Numbered from the stretch's first letter, positions 9,683 through 20,051 are shown. The stretch: 64,000 nucleotides of DNA from Leptospiraceae bacterium (GCA_016708435.1 JADJFV010000035.1:1-64000), one strand, 5' to 3'. Notes: generated by a model not told the origin, from the letters alone. Numbers and translations are program-made.

Positions 9683-10190
9683 TTTGTTTCCTTGGAATTT
9701 TAATTAATAATAAACGTTGTTAGTTGACTTTTGTCATGGTGAGCTTGTCGAATCCATGCTTTTATAGACAGCGCACTTCGACTGGCTCAGTGTGACAATG
9801 CAATCATTTACATTTTTACAAAGTCTTCGTATTTCTTTTTTCTTAATTTGACTTTTTTATAGTTTTAGTATTACGTCTAGACAAAAAAACTTTTTTGGAT
9901 TTGATTTGTTTGGGGGTTCCCGTCGGCTTTATACTTAGTGAACGCATGTATGCGTCACCTACAGGAATTACACGCCGGTCGGGCTCTCGCTCTCGTCCAT
10001 TTTTTGCAGACTCACTTCTTGACTGCGAAGACTTTCTTGCATAAGCAAAAAATGGACGCCGCTTCCATCCCTAACCCGAGGCTTCTGTGTTTTAAGGGTA
10101 ATTGGTATTATCCCCTTTTTTATGATTTTGATCTTTGAAAGTTATTTAGACTCTGTCTTATTGGGTAGGTCTAGTTAAAATTTTTCTATG

Positions 10191-10982
10191 TTAAATACTT
10201 TCCCTTATTTTAGGATTCATTAGAATATTTTTCAATTCATCTTTAGATAATACTTTCTTACGTCTGTGAATCATTGCATGACAATTCGGACAAATTGGAA
10301 TTAAATCTTCTACAGGATTTACAATGTAATTTTCTTTTACTTCTGACAATGGCTTTATATGATGAACATGTATAAAATCTTTTCCTATTTCTCCGTATAC
10401 TTCTTCAAAATCAAAATTGCACACTGAACATTTATGTCCATAATACTCTATACAAATTTTCCTTGCTTCTGGATTTCTTTCATATTTATTTACTAGAACC
10501 TTTGTAATACTTCCTTCATAAATTATTTTATCATCTATTAACTCGTTAGGAAAAATAGCGGATACATTTGATAATTCGCTCCAATATTCTTCTACTTTCT
10601 TCGCTACATCTTCTGGGATAGTAGTCGCAGCTTGAATTGTCCAATGAAAATCTAATCGACTTAAATACTCCAATCTCAAAATATCATTTTCATTTACATC
10701 TAAAATACAATCAAAGTTTATATCTATATAAAGACCTTTTTTGTTTTCCTCTGCCCAATGTTCATCTTCAAATACATCTGATAATGCAAAGCCTGAAGCA
10801 ACAATACCTTTTGGTTCTTTCGCTAATCTTATTAAAAAAACTCTATCTCCTTTTTTAATTTTCTTTAGCTGACCGCAACTCCATCTTCCTTTACAAAATC
10901 CATTTTTAGAAATTTCTAGAATACTTTCTTGTATATCCCAATCAAACCTTTTCGGATTCCACGCTAATAAATATGTATTCAT
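10191..10982 (-). CDS. EVE/PUA-like domain fused to HNH endonuclease; candidate modification-dependent (type IV) restriction enzyme
   Basis: N-terminus YLLAWNPKRFDW...GRW...IKKGDRVFLIRLAKEPKGIVASGFALSD resembles EVE domains (YWL.K.EP..F.W...GDLVFFYHS....IVGI). C-terminus HVHHIKPLSE...LIPICPNCHAMIHRR is a canonical HNH motif. Start taken at MNTYLLAWNP (10982). Confidence 0.65.
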   Translation of the reverse strand: MNTYLLAWNPKRFDWDIQESILEISKNGFCKGRWSCGQLKKIKKGDRVFLIRLAKEPKGIVASGFALSDVFEDEHWAEENKKGLYIDINFDCILDVNENDILRLEYLSRLDFHWTIQAATTIPEDVAKKVEEYWSELSNVSAIFPNELIDDKIIYEGSITKVLVNKYERNPEARKICIEYYGHKCSVCNFDFEEVYGEIGKDFIHVHHIKPLSEVKENYIVNPVEDLIPICPNCHAMIHRRKKVLSKDELKNILMNPKIRESI

Positions 10983-11108
10983 TAATTTCAAACTGAATCT
11001 TTTCGCACTAAAAGTCAAGGGATTAAAACTTGACCGAATAATTCGCACTATCAAATCCTTGCCAACACACACTCGATAAGATAAATTTAAAGCAAATATA
11101 CACCAAGT

Positions 11109-11207
11109 AGCAGTTCATGTTGCAGTCCACGTTGCAGTTCAACTATACTCCTGAAATTTTAAGACTAAAGATGAACTGCAAGATGAACCGCAACAAGGAC
11201 TGCAATT
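11109..11207. repeat. ~100-bp palindromic dispersed repeat element (copy 1)
   Basis: gcagttcatgttgcagtccacgttgcagttcaac...gatgaactgcaagatgaaccgcaacaaggactgcaa, with arms built from GTTGCAGTYCA units. A second copy in opposite orientation is at 63461..63562. Confidence 0.6.
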
Positions 11208-11306
11208 TGATATATCCGATATACGAAAGAAGATATAGTATACCCCCTACCGTATAAGGCTTGACAAAGAAAAGATTCTTTTTAAGTTAGGCAATAGGAG
11301 ATTTGA

Positions 11307-11543
11307 ATGAAATATCTATCGTTCTTAGACAAAATAACGTATACAAACCTTATCATTGGAGCAGTTTTGATGGGACTCGCACCTTTTGTTCCAATGCCTC
11401 ATTCGATTGAGAAAATTTTACTCTTAGTCAAAGGTGAGCTTACAAAACCAATTGATATCTTTGATTTACTTTTTCATTTGAGTCCTCTCTTTATCATTGG
11501 TTTAAAGTTTTATTATTCTAAGAACAAAGTGGAAGTAAAATAA
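11307..11543 (+). CDS. Hypothetical small membrane protein
   Basis: 78-aa ORF with two hydrophobic segments, immediately upstream of and probably co-transcribed with the desaturase-family gene. Confidence 0.35.
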   Translation: MKYLSFLDKITYTNLIIGAVLMGLAPFVPMPHSIEKILLLVKGELTKPIDIFDLLFHLSPLFIIGLKFYYSKNKVEVK

Positions 11544-11544
11544 A

Positions 11545-12351
11545 ATGGAAACTTGGATACTACAAAAAGAAGTTTATTTTAGACTCGGAATTTTCTTTGG
11601 ATTATTTTTACTCTTTGCCCTCTGGGAAGTTATATTTCCAGATCACAAGTCTCCGTATTCTAAGACGACTAGATGGAGTTCGAATCTGGGTCTTGTCTTA
11701 TTAAACAATTTAATCGTTCGAGTTTTATTTCCTGTAACCGCCATCGGCTTAGCAGAGTTTGCCGCTACTAGACAGTTTGGATTTTTAAGACTTCTAAACC
11801 CGGGAGACTGGATATATATTCTTGTTGGTTTAGTATTTTTAGATTTTGTAATCTATCTTCAACATGTTTTGTTTCACGCCATTCCTGTTTTGTGGAAGCT
11901 TCACCAAATGCACCATGCTGATTTGGAGTTAGATGTTACCAGTGGAACTCGGTTTCATCCGATTGAAATTATTATTTCTATGTTGATTAAATGGTCTGCC
12001 ATTTTACTTTCAGGAGTTTCTCCATTTACTGTTCTTCTATTTGAAGTGATTCTAAATGGAATGGCTATGTTTAATCACAGTAATATTTTTATTCCTGCTG
12101 CGCTCGATAGAGTTTTACGGTATATAGTGATTACCCCTTCACTTCATAGAATTCATCATTCCGTCTTGGTTTCTGAATACAATATGAATTATGGATTTAA
12201 TCTTTCCATTTGGGATAGACTTCTTGGAACTTTAAGAAATGAGGCTAAGGGAAGTTTAACGCTCGGGCTTCCTGTTTTTAGAGATTCAAAGTATTTGAGA
12301 CTTGACTGGATGCTACGAATTCCATTTTTAAAACCAACAGAAAAGAGTTAA
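11545..12351 (+). CDS. Fatty acid hydroxylase / sterol desaturase family membrane protein
   Basis: Histidine boxes HQMHHAD, HRIHHS and HVLFH within a 4-TM protein. Confidence 0.8.
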   Translation: METWILQKEVYFRLGIFFGLFLLFALWEVIFPDHKSPYSKTTRWSSNLGLVLLNNLIVRVLFPVTAIGLAEFAATRQFGFLRLLNPGDWIYILVGLVFLDFVIYLQHVLFHAIPVLWKLHQMHHADLELDVTSGTRFHPIEIIISMLIKWSAILLSGVSPFTVLLFEVILNGMAMFNHSNIFIPAALDRVLRYIVITPSLHRIHHSVLVSEYNMNYGFNLSIWDRLLGTLRNEAKGSLTLGLPVFRDSKYLRLDWMLRIPFLKPTEKS

Positions 12352-12355
12352 TGTT

Positions 12356-13039
12356 TTATAAGTTAAGTGCTGCTTTTGCTTTTGCACTATAATCGACTGT
12401 CATAGTTTCAAATTTTGCAGAGAAAGCTATGCACATGATACAGAAGTTAATCATGTTTTCGTAATAAGGATGAAAGGTTAAGTTTAAATATCCTTCGCTG
12501 TGAATTTTTCGAATGTTTACAAATCCTTTTCCGCGACCATTGATGGCTTCTGACTCGGTTATCGCCAAATTGATATTAGTCAGAGTAATCTTGTATAGTT
12601 GTTCCACTTGAGGATTCCATTTTTTTAAAAGCCGACCGGCGGATAACAAATGAGAAAAAATTTCGTTCTTCAATACTGAATTCACAGGATCAAATAGATC
12701 GTTAGATTCAAATTTTTTGTAGCAACTCGCAAGTATACTCAAATTGCCTTGAATTTTTTTTAACTGTTGTCTATATAATTCTAAAAATCTAAGAATGCTT
12801 AAAAATGTAGAAGGTCTTCTATCAAATTTTAATTTTTTTATTTTTCCAGTCGGAGTGCTAAACGTCTCTAAGTCTTGTGGCTTAATTTCAAATGGATCGT
12901 TTACAAAAAATTTCTCTAAGAATTCATTCATCGCAATTTCATATTTTTGCGGTATTGGACATTCCAATTTCAGAATACGACTATCCGGTGCATCCTTGTT
13001 CACGTCTAGTAGGTGTTTGAAAATTTCGTCGAATTCCAT
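12356..13039 (-). CDS. Hypothetical protein
   Basis: 227-aa ORF with no recognisable motif. Convergent with the desaturase gene. Confidence 0.45.
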   Translation of the reverse strand: MEFDEIFKHLLDVNKDAPDSRILKLECPIPQKYEIAMNEFLEKFFVNDPFEIKPQDLETFSTPTGKIKKLKFDRRPSTFLSILRFLELYRQQLKKIQGNLSILASCYKKFESNDLFDPVNSVLKNEIFSHLLSAGRLLKKWNPQVEQLYKITLTNINLAITESEAINGRGKGFVNIRKIHSEGYLNLTFHPYYENMINFCIMCIAFSAKFETMTVDYSAKAKAALNL

Positions 13040-13144
13040 AAAGTAAACGCATTCTATATTGTTTTAAGATCGTGTCATTCACTTTTAGATTTTATTGTCT
13101 GAGAGAGTTTATTTTTTTGACTTAAAACAATATGCAATTTGCAA

Positions 13145-15529
13145 CTACAATATACGAGTTGGTAGTATTTTAATGATTTCGGTCAGTAAATCTCTTTTGC
13201 TCATAGGTTTTCGAATGAATCCGTTGCAGTATTTTTTAATTTCTTCTTCTGCGTCTTTCATCACATAAGCAGTGAGTGCTATAATTGGAATGTCTTTTAA
13301 GTTTTCCTCTTCTTTGATCATTCGACTTGCATCTAGTCCATCTAAAATTGGCATTCGAATATCCATTAGTATGATATCTGGCTTTAAATCACGAGCAAGT
13401 TCAAATGCTCTTTTTCCGTCCGAAGCTTCAAAGAATTCAATTTCATATTCGCTTAAAAAATCTTTTACCAGATTACGGTTGTAATCCACATCATCTGCAA
13501 TTAGAAGAGAAAATTTTGGCAATCCTAAACTAGCATTATTTATATCTTCTTCTTTTAAATTTTCATTCATTATCTGAATGTCCGGCAAATGAAGAGTAAA
13601 CGTTGTGCCAACTCCCACTTTACTTTGCAAATCAATCTTTCCTTTCATCATCTCAGCTAATTTACACGAAATAGTAAGTCCTAGTCCTGTTCCTCCGAAC
13701 TTGCTTATATTCTGATCTAATTGTTGGTAGAAAGCCTCAAAAATTTTTTCTTGTTCCGCGTCCGTTATTCCAATTCCAGTGTCTTCTATAGCTATCATCA
13801 AATCCATCTTGTTGGGATTATTGCGATTAAACACAGAATTCACTTTTACAGTTACAGATCCCGACTCTGTAAACTTAATTGCATTTCCGATAAGATTGGA
13901 AAGAATTTGTCTAAGACGAAGTTCATCTACCAAAATTATTTTTGGAAAATTTCCGGAGATTACAAATATTAATTCAACATTCTTTTCAGTGGATTTTAAG
14001 TTAAAAATTTCTTGTAACTCACTCAAAACACTATGCATCAATACAGGAGAATTTTTGATCTCCATCTTCCCTGCTTCAATTTTTGATAAATCTAAAATAT
14101 CATTGATGAGGTTTAATAGGTTTTTGCCGCTGCTCATGATTCCATCTAGATATCTCCGTGCTTTTCCCTCTTTGATTTCATTCTTCAATAGCTCAGAAAA
14201 TCCAAGGATTGCATTCATCGGGGTTCTTATTTCATGTGTCATATCAGCGAGAAATTCACTCTTTGCTAATGTTGCAATCTCAGCGTGCTCTTTTGCTTTT
14301 ATCAATTCATTCTCGAATTCTTTTGTGCGGGTAATGTCTGTTATTACACCTACTATGTATTTGTCTCCAGCCTCATCTACGTAAAGACGTTTTCGAGTGA
14401 GAATAGTTTTTCTTTGATGAAAGGAATCTGTGAACGACTCTTCATTTACAACATCTTCTTCGTCAATGAGGACTTTATTATCATTGAACCAAAAAATTTC
14501 AGCCTCTTCTTTTGGAAAGAAATCATAATCTGATTTGCCCAGCAATTCTTCCCGTTTGAATCCGACGAAGCTACAAAATGCATCATTTAATAAAATCCAA
14601 TTATGTAGTATATCTTTCACAAAGACGGGACTAGCGATTGCATTGATGATGCTATCTAAAAAATTTCTAACTCCTAAAAGTCTTTGTTCATAGTATTTTT
14701 TTTCACTAATGTCTTTGCTATTAGAAGAATAACCGATTGGCTCGCCCTGGTCGTTTGTTATGAGTGAAACTGTCAGAAGTGTTTGAATATTACTTCCATC
14801 TTTTTTTCTTTGTATCAATTCTCCCGACCAACCACCTTTGTTTAGGATTGAATCAATAATCTCAGGCGTTTGGATTGTATCACGAGAATTGAAAATGTCT
14901 ACATTAAGTCCTATTAATTCGGGCTCTTCATATCCGTAAAGCGCATAAGCAGAAGTATTCGCATAACGCACTATTCCCTGCATGTCTGCAAATACAACTG
15001 CTTCCCAATTGTTTTTGAGAATATGCTTATAGATTTTTAATTCTTCTTCTCGATTTTTTCGCTCTGTAATGTCTTGGGTTAATCCAAGGAATCTTATCGG
15101 CTTATTGTTATTATACTCTATGCTGCCTTCACTCAATACATATTTAATTTTTTCATCGGGCATGATGAGTCTATATTCAATGGAAAAAATTCTTTTTAAT
15201 TTTATGGCTTCTCTCAATTTCTTGCGCACTCCAGTCAAATCATCTTTGTGCACAAAACTTAGATATGCCCCTACGCTAGAAGAAAACTCATTTTCATTTC
15301 TTTCTAGAATTTGATAAATTTCAGAAGACCATTCAATTTTTTTGGAAGCGACATCTAGATTGAAAGTAGCAATCTTACCAATTTTAAGAGCATGAGAAAG
15401 AAGATATTCTTTTTGTGCAAATTTATTATTAATCTCTGCTTCACAGTCAATGAGAGTTTGCATTAAGACTTCAGTGTCTTTCTCGCCTTTAGCAAGCTTT
15501 GCAATTTTTTGAAAAAGTTCTTTCGTCAT
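13145..15529 (-). CDS. Hybrid sensor histidine kinase (multi-PAS, HisKA, HATPase_c, C-terminal REC)
   Basis: HisKA H-box LADMTHEIRTPMNAILGFSELL, N/G boxes (LIGNAIKFT, GGTGLGLTIS), and C-terminal receiver LLIADDVDYNR...DIILMDIRMP. Confidence 0.85.
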   Translation of the reverse strand: MTKELFQKIAKLAKGEKDTEVLMQTLIDCEAEINNKFAQKEYLLSHALKIGKIATFNLDVASKKIEWSSEIYQILERNENEFSSSVGAYLSFVHKDDLTGVRKKLREAIKLKRIFSIEYRLIMPDEKIKYVLSEGSIEYNNNKPIRFLGLTQDITERKNREEELKIYKHILKNNWEAVVFADMQGIVRYANTSAYALYGYEEPELIGLNVDIFNSRDTIQTPEIIDSILNKGGWSGELIQRKKDGSNIQTLLTVSLITNDQGEPIGYSSNSKDISEKKYYEQRLLGVRNFLDSIINAIASPVFVKDILHNWILLNDAFCSFVGFKREELLGKSDYDFFPKEEAEIFWFNDNKVLIDEEDVVNEESFTDSFHQRKTILTRKRLYVDEAGDKYIVGVITDITRTKEFENELIKAKEHAEIATLAKSEFLADMTHEIRTPMNAILGFSELLKNEIKEGKARRYLDGIMSSGKNLLNLINDILDLSKIEAGKMEIKNSPVLMHSVLSELQEIFNLKSTEKNVELIFVISGNFPKIILVDELRLRQILSNLIGNAIKFTESGSVTVKVNSVFNRNNPNKMDLMIAIEDTGIGITDAEQEKIFEAFYQQLDQNISKFGGTGLGLTISCKLAEMMKGKIDLQSKVGVGTTFTLHLPDIQIMNENLKEEDINNASLGLPKFSLLIADDVDYNRNLVKDFLSEYEIEFFEASDGKRAFELARDLKPDIILMDIRMPILDGLDASRMIKEEENLKDIPIIALTAYVMKDAEEEIKKYCNGFIRKPMSKRDLLTEIIKILPTRIL

Positions 15530-15537
15530 GGATTTAA

Positions 15538-15903
15538 TTATTTGTTGATTAGAATATCTTTTGGAATAGAAATTAATCGCTTCTTATACGATTTTTTATA
15601 AGATTTTTTAAACTTTGAATGACAGGCTTTGCAGGATGAAAGATATTTTCCTGAGCTAAGTGCATCGGAAGTTATCTTTTCCCAAACCTCTTTGTCTTCT
15701 GGAATTGCAAAGCTCGGCATTGCCTCTAGCATTTTCTTCAAAGGTTCTTTATCGCCTTTCTTGAATTTTTTCTCTGCCAATTCCACATGATCTTCCATAA
15801 AGTCATGCATTTTCATCTCCACAAATTCTCCTTCTTGGGAGAATAGCCACCCCGCCGAAAGGCAGGTTATCGTAAAACTAATACTTAAATAGAATCTTCT
15901 CAT
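15538..15903 (-). CDS. Class II cytochrome c-like protein (single C-terminal CxxCH)
   Basis: Signal peptide, ~120 aa helical protein with a CKACH heme-binding motif near the C-terminus, as in cytochrome c'/c556. Confidence 0.45.
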   Translation of the reverse strand: MRRFYLSISFTITCLSAGWLFSQEGEFVEMKMHDFMEDHVELAEKKFKKGDKEPLKKMLEAMPSFAIPEDKEVWEKITSDALSSGKYLSSCKACHSKFKKSYKKSYKKRLISIPKDILINK

Positions 15904-15982
15904 AAGGCGAGTTTAACACAGTATTTATTTTTTAAAACGTTTTTTTATTGCTAGAATAAATTAGGCGAAAACTAATAAATCT

Positions 15983-16918
15983 ATGCCTGCATTAAAGTCA
16001 GTTCGAAAGAAAATTAACAAAGTTTTGAGAAATAATGAAATAGCACTCGCCATAGCAGGTGGAGGATGCAAAGCACTTTATGGTTTAGGAGTTGGATATA
16101 AACTTAGAAGTTGGGGGTTAAAGATAAAAGAAATTTCCGGCGTGAGCGCTGGCTCTGCCATAGGGCTCATGATTTTGTCGGGTAGAGAGGAAGCGGGAAT
16201 CGAATACTTTGAACAACTACTCAAACGAAACAAAAGTAATTTTTGGCCTCATCACCTTCTCATGGGCAAACGACCATTTCCCCACGAGAATATGTATCGA
16301 CGAACATTACGTTATGCGATAGACTTCGAGAAAATAGGAAAGAGTAGGGTGAAGATTTTTATCTTAGCTGTAAAAGCATTTCCCCGAAAAGGAAACTTGC
16401 ATAATTATTGGAAGAAATTGCTTCTCATTCCAAAGACCATGAGAGCAGTTCTACTAGACGATAAAGACAAAGAGAAAGGACTCCCCTGTCACAGAGTAGA
16501 CAATATTGTAAAGGAATGGAATCTAAAAGAAGTAATCTTTACAAATAAAGACTTTCAGTATCCCGCTATTACCGAGCAGATAATCATGAATTCCTCCTCT
16601 ATTCCACCGGTGCTTAGTTTTCAGAGAATCAATGAAGAATATTACTTAGACGGAGGGCTAACAAACAATTTGCTCCTTGAATCTTTTTCTAATACGAGAA
16701 AAAAGATTGGAATCTATTATGAAGATACAACACTATATGGGAAGTCAGAAGAAGTAATGAAAAATACATATTTCATAAAGCCAGATGGGAAGTTGCCCAT
16801 TCATACGTTTGATTATACAAATGCAATAGGTGCTCGAGAAGCCTATGAACTCGGGAAAAAAGATGCGGAGGAACAAAAAGAAAAAATCTTTTCTTTTTTG
16901 AATTCTAAATATGAGTAA
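15983..16918 (+). CDS. Patatin-like phospholipase
   Basis: Oxyanion GGGCKALYGLG and GVSAGS (GxSxG) motifs. Confidence 0.75.
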   Translation: MPALKSVRKKINKVLRNNEIALAIAGGGCKALYGLGVGYKLRSWGLKIKEISGVSAGSAIGLMILSGREEAGIEYFEQLLKRNKSNFWPHHLLMGKRPFPHENMYRRTLRYAIDFEKIGKSRVKIFILAVKAFPRKGNLHNYWKKLLLIPKTMRAVLLDDKDKEKGLPCHRVDNIVKEWNLKEVIFTNKDFQYPAITEQIIMNSSSIPPVLSFQRINEEYYLDGGLTNNLLLESFSNTRKKIGIYYEDTTLYGKSEEVMKNTYFIKPDGKLPIHTFDYTNAIGAREAYELGKKDAEEQKEKIFSFLNSKYE

Positions 16919-17594
16919 AATAATTTGCATCGGTGCACATCCAGATGATGTAGAGCTTTCTATGGGGGGTAGCGTTTTACGTCTATTAGACGCAGGACAT
17001 GAAGTTACCATTCTTGATATTTCTGATGGAGAGCCTACACCACATGGATCTGTTGAAATAAGAAAAGAAGAAAGAACTAAAGCAGCGGATTTGTTGGGGG
17101 TAAAAAGAATTACTCTCGACTTAAAAAATCGCTATATAGAAGAAACAGTGGAAAATCGAATCAAGCTGGCGGAAGTTTTTAGAGAAATAAGATCGGAATA
17201 TATTTTTACGCATTATGATTATGATGTGCATCCAGATCATATTGCGGTGAGTAAGCTTACCGATTCTGCACGTTTCTATTCCAAGCTTACAAAATCAGAC
17301 ATAAAAGGAGAACCTTTCTTTCCAGAGCGGGTAATCTACTATTTCCCCAATCATATTAAACTAAATCTAGAACCATCCTTTTGTGTTGATATTAGTCCCT
17401 ATATCGAAAGAAAGAGACAGGTGCTTGAATGTTATGAATCTCAGTTTATAAAGAAAGGGCAGGGGGCATTCATCCGTGAATCTCTTGAGGCAAATCGCTA
17501 TTTCGGATTACGCATTCACACAGAATACGCAGAGCCTTTTTTCATGCGTGACACTGTTGGTATTTTAGAAATTGGAAAATTGTTTTTGAAATAA
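16911..17594 (+). CDS. PIG-L/LmbE family N-acetylglucosaminyl deacetylase
   Basis: AHPDDVE motif at the N-terminus and His/Asp zinc site pattern of the LmbE family. Confidence 0.8.
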   Translation: MSKIICIGAHPDDVELSMGGSVLRLLDAGHEVTILDISDGEPTPHGSVEIRKEERTKAADLLGVKRITLDLKNRYIEETVENRIKLAEVFREIRSEYIFTHYDYDVHPDHIAVSKLTDSARFYSKLTKSDIKGEPFFPERVIYYFPNHIKLNLEPSFCVDISPYIERKRQVLECYESQFIKKGQGAFIRESLEANRYFGLRIHTEYAEPFFMRDTVGILEIGKLFLK

Positions 17595-17733
17595 GGCGTT
17601 GCGTAAAAGCATTGCCACGGAGGCACTGAGACACAGAGAGAATGAGGTTTTTCATCATTCTGCGTTACAAAAATTATGCTTTTACTCGATCCCTGAAGTA
17701 AAAAATTTCTGAATTCTTTCAGCGGTATTCAGC

Positions 17734-18501
17734 TTATTTTTCTTTTATTGCATCAACAAAAGAATCAAATTTCTTTTCTGGCATTAACTCATGTGTGATT
17801 AATTTCCCATTGTAGTAAATTCCCATTGTTCCAAAGGGGCTACTAATTTGTTGTGCTTCTTTCATCGTTTTTAGTTTTATTACTTCAGTAGGGAATTTCT
17901 TTTTCTTACAGACGGACGCCATTAATTGTATATATTCTTCCATGAACGGGCATTGATTGGAATAAATAAAAGTAAATCCTTTTTTGTTTGAACAAATTCC
18001 TTCTTTTGCGTTCTTCACAAACTTAGGATTATCCGCTTTCTGATTAAACTTAAGTGCAAGTAATTCAAAATAAGGAGGAGCGGAATCAATCAGTTCAAAT
18101 CCATGTTTCATATAAAACTTTTTATCAGTTAAGAACGGTTTCACCTTATTACCCGTCACCACAACAATTCCATCCATTTTTTTTGATTTTGAATCCTTTA
18201 TACATTCTTCTAATAATTGAGTCGAAAGACCTTTCCCTTTGAACTGACCGGAAACCCAAAGACAATTGATAACCATAAAGTTTTTGCCAACAATTGGCTT
18301 CCATACTTTTTCAATTGGTATGTATTCAATGAAGATCTTTCCTCTCTGGTCAAAACGTTTGAAAATCAGACCATCATTGAATCGATCTCTCATCCAATCT
18401 TTTTTTGAATTGGCTCTAGCTTGATTTTTTTTATCATTCCCAATAGCACAACAAATATGCTCTTCTTCTAAGTTCTGTTTATTTATAGTTATGATTTCCA
18501 T
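17734..18501 (-). CDS. GNAT family N-acetyltransferase with YoaP-like C-terminal domain
   Basis: GNAT core motifs (VSGQFKGKGLSTQLLEECI) in the N-terminal half and a YoaP-like C-terminal half. Confidence 0.6.
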   Translation of the reverse strand: MEIITINKQNLEEEHICCAIGNDKKNQARANSKKDWMRDRFNDGLIFKRFDQRGKIFIEYIPIEKVWKPIVGKNFMVINCLWVSGQFKGKGLSTQLLEECIKDSKSKKMDGIVVVTGNKVKPFLTDKKFYMKHGFELIDSAPPYFELLALKFNQKADNPKFVKNAKEGICSNKKGFTFIYSNQCPFMEEYIQLMASVCKKKKFPTEVIKLKTMKEAQQISSPFGTMGIYYNGKLITHELMPEKKFDSFVDAIKEK

Positions 18502-18708
18502 AAGTTGCCACCTCTTAGAGATTTTACTAATTTCATTCTTTCCCTTTCTAATAAAATGTCAATAAAATGTTTATTCATAGAAAGACGTAACTACTCAACA
18601 TAATGGATTGCCTCTGTGGCAAAACACACTGAGTAGTTACGGAAAGACAATGAATCTTTCGAATGTATTTTTTGAGTTGTCTGAATCATACAACGATAAA
18701 TTCTGATT

Positions 18709-19596
18709 ATGCGAAAGGAGATTATTATGAATAAAAAAATTGCATTTATTGGTGTGGGGATTATGGGACGCGGGCTTGTAAAAAACTTAAAGAAGACAGG
18801 CGCGACCTTACAGATATTTGCGCGTAATCCTTCTAAGATTCAAGAGTTGCAAGATGCGAATACTATCATTTATTCGGAAATTAAGGATGCAGTGCAAAAT
18901 GCTGATTTTATTATTCTCTGTCTGACTGAAGACCATATTGTAGAAAAATCATTTATGGAAGTAATGGCTGAACCAACACATGCCACTATTTTGGATTTTG
19001 GAACGAGTTCACCTGGGCTAACAGCGAAAATGCACAATGAATCTCTCAAGAGAGGTTTTCGTTTTGTAGACTCTCCTATGACTGGAAGTAAAATGGCTGC
19101 TGATAAGGGTGAAATTCTATTTATGGTTGGAGCAAGTCAAGAAGACTTTCAGGATTGCAATTTCATCTGGGAAGCCTGTGGTAAAAAAGTCATTCATTGT
19201 GGTGATGTTGGAAATGGGCAGCTAATGAAGATTACCCTTAATATGATGCAAGCTGGTCTTGCACAAGTTTATATGGAAGGTCTTATTCTTGGAAAAAAAC
19301 TCGGACTTGATTTGGGAATTCTTCATGAAATAATAACAAATTCCGCAGCGCGCTCTGGTATCTCAGATTTTAAAGTAAATTGTATTTTAAACAATGACTA
19401 TTCTACCAATTTTTCTCTCAAGAATATGAATAAGGATTTAAATCATTCTCTTAATATCGCAATGTCGCATAATGTGAGTTTGCCTTTAATTCATTCACTC
19501 AAGTCGATTTATGATTCTGGTATGTCGCAGAATCTAGGAGAAGAAGATTTTATTAGTCTATTTAAAGTAAATCAAAAGATGAATGGATTTGAATAG
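18709..19596 (+). CDS. NAD(P)-dependent 3-hydroxyisobutyrate dehydrogenase-family oxidoreductase
   Basis: Rossmann motif IAFIGVGIMG and conserved beta-hydroxyacid dehydrogenase core. Confidence 0.8.
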   Translation: MRKEIIMNKKIAFIGVGIMGRGLVKNLKKTGATLQIFARNPSKIQELQDANTIIYSEIKDAVQNADFIILCLTEDHIVEKSFMEVMAEPTHATILDFGTSSPGLTAKMHNESLKRGFRFVDSPMTGSKMAADKGEILFMVGASQEDFQDCNFIWEACGKKVIHCGDVGNGQLMKITLNMMQAGLAQVYMEGLILGKKLGLDLGILHEIITNSAARSGISDFKVNCILNNDYSTNFSLKNMNKDLNHSLNIAMSHNVSLPLIHSLKSIYDSGMSQNLGEEDFISLFKVNQKMNGFE

Positions 19597-20051
19597 TTAT
19601 TGATTGAATAACCATTTGTATAATAGTTTAGCAATTGTGTATTTTACAAATGGTTTGCACGCATAATCATCCATACCGATGGAGAGGCATTTCTCTTTAT
19701 CCCCTTTCATCGTTCCTGCGGTTAATGCGATGATAGGTGTTCGCTTTTCCTTTTCAAGCTTCCTAATCTCTATTGTTGCTTCGAGTCCATTCATTTCTGG
19801 CATTTGTATATCTAGTATAATTAGGTCAGGATTCTCTTTCTGAAATATATCAATGGCTTCTTTTCCATTCATTGCTTCAATCAATTTAGAATTTGGCAAT
19901 AGTTCTTGAATGATTGTCCTTACTAAAAATAAATTGATTGGATCATCATCAACAACTAGGATTTTGGAAATGTTAGTTGAGTCTGGAAAGAAACTATTAT
20001 AATTCTCATTCGTAGACGAATACTTTGCATCTTCTTGGATATTTTCGTATT
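19597..20051 (-). CDS. Receiver (REC) domain; apparently the C-terminal domain of the upstream histidine kinase, separated by a frame break
   Basis: Open frame reads IEYENIQEDAKYSS...KILVVDDDPINLFLVRTIIQELLPNSKLIEAMNGKEAI...DLIILDIQMPEMNG...KP. There is no ATG/GTG/TTG before the REC fold, and it starts 1 nt out of frame right at the HK stop. Confidence 0.7.

Noticed and set aside
9938-10138. 66-aa ORF in the ACAD/EVE-HNH intergenic region
   Set aside because: It overlaps the 14-bp inverted repeat and has no RBS or motif. Likely non-coding.
13272-15314. Plus-strand ORFs within the 13145..15529 hybrid HK gene (e.g. 13779..14384)
   Set aside because: Antisense to a well-supported HK. AT-rich low-complexity translations.
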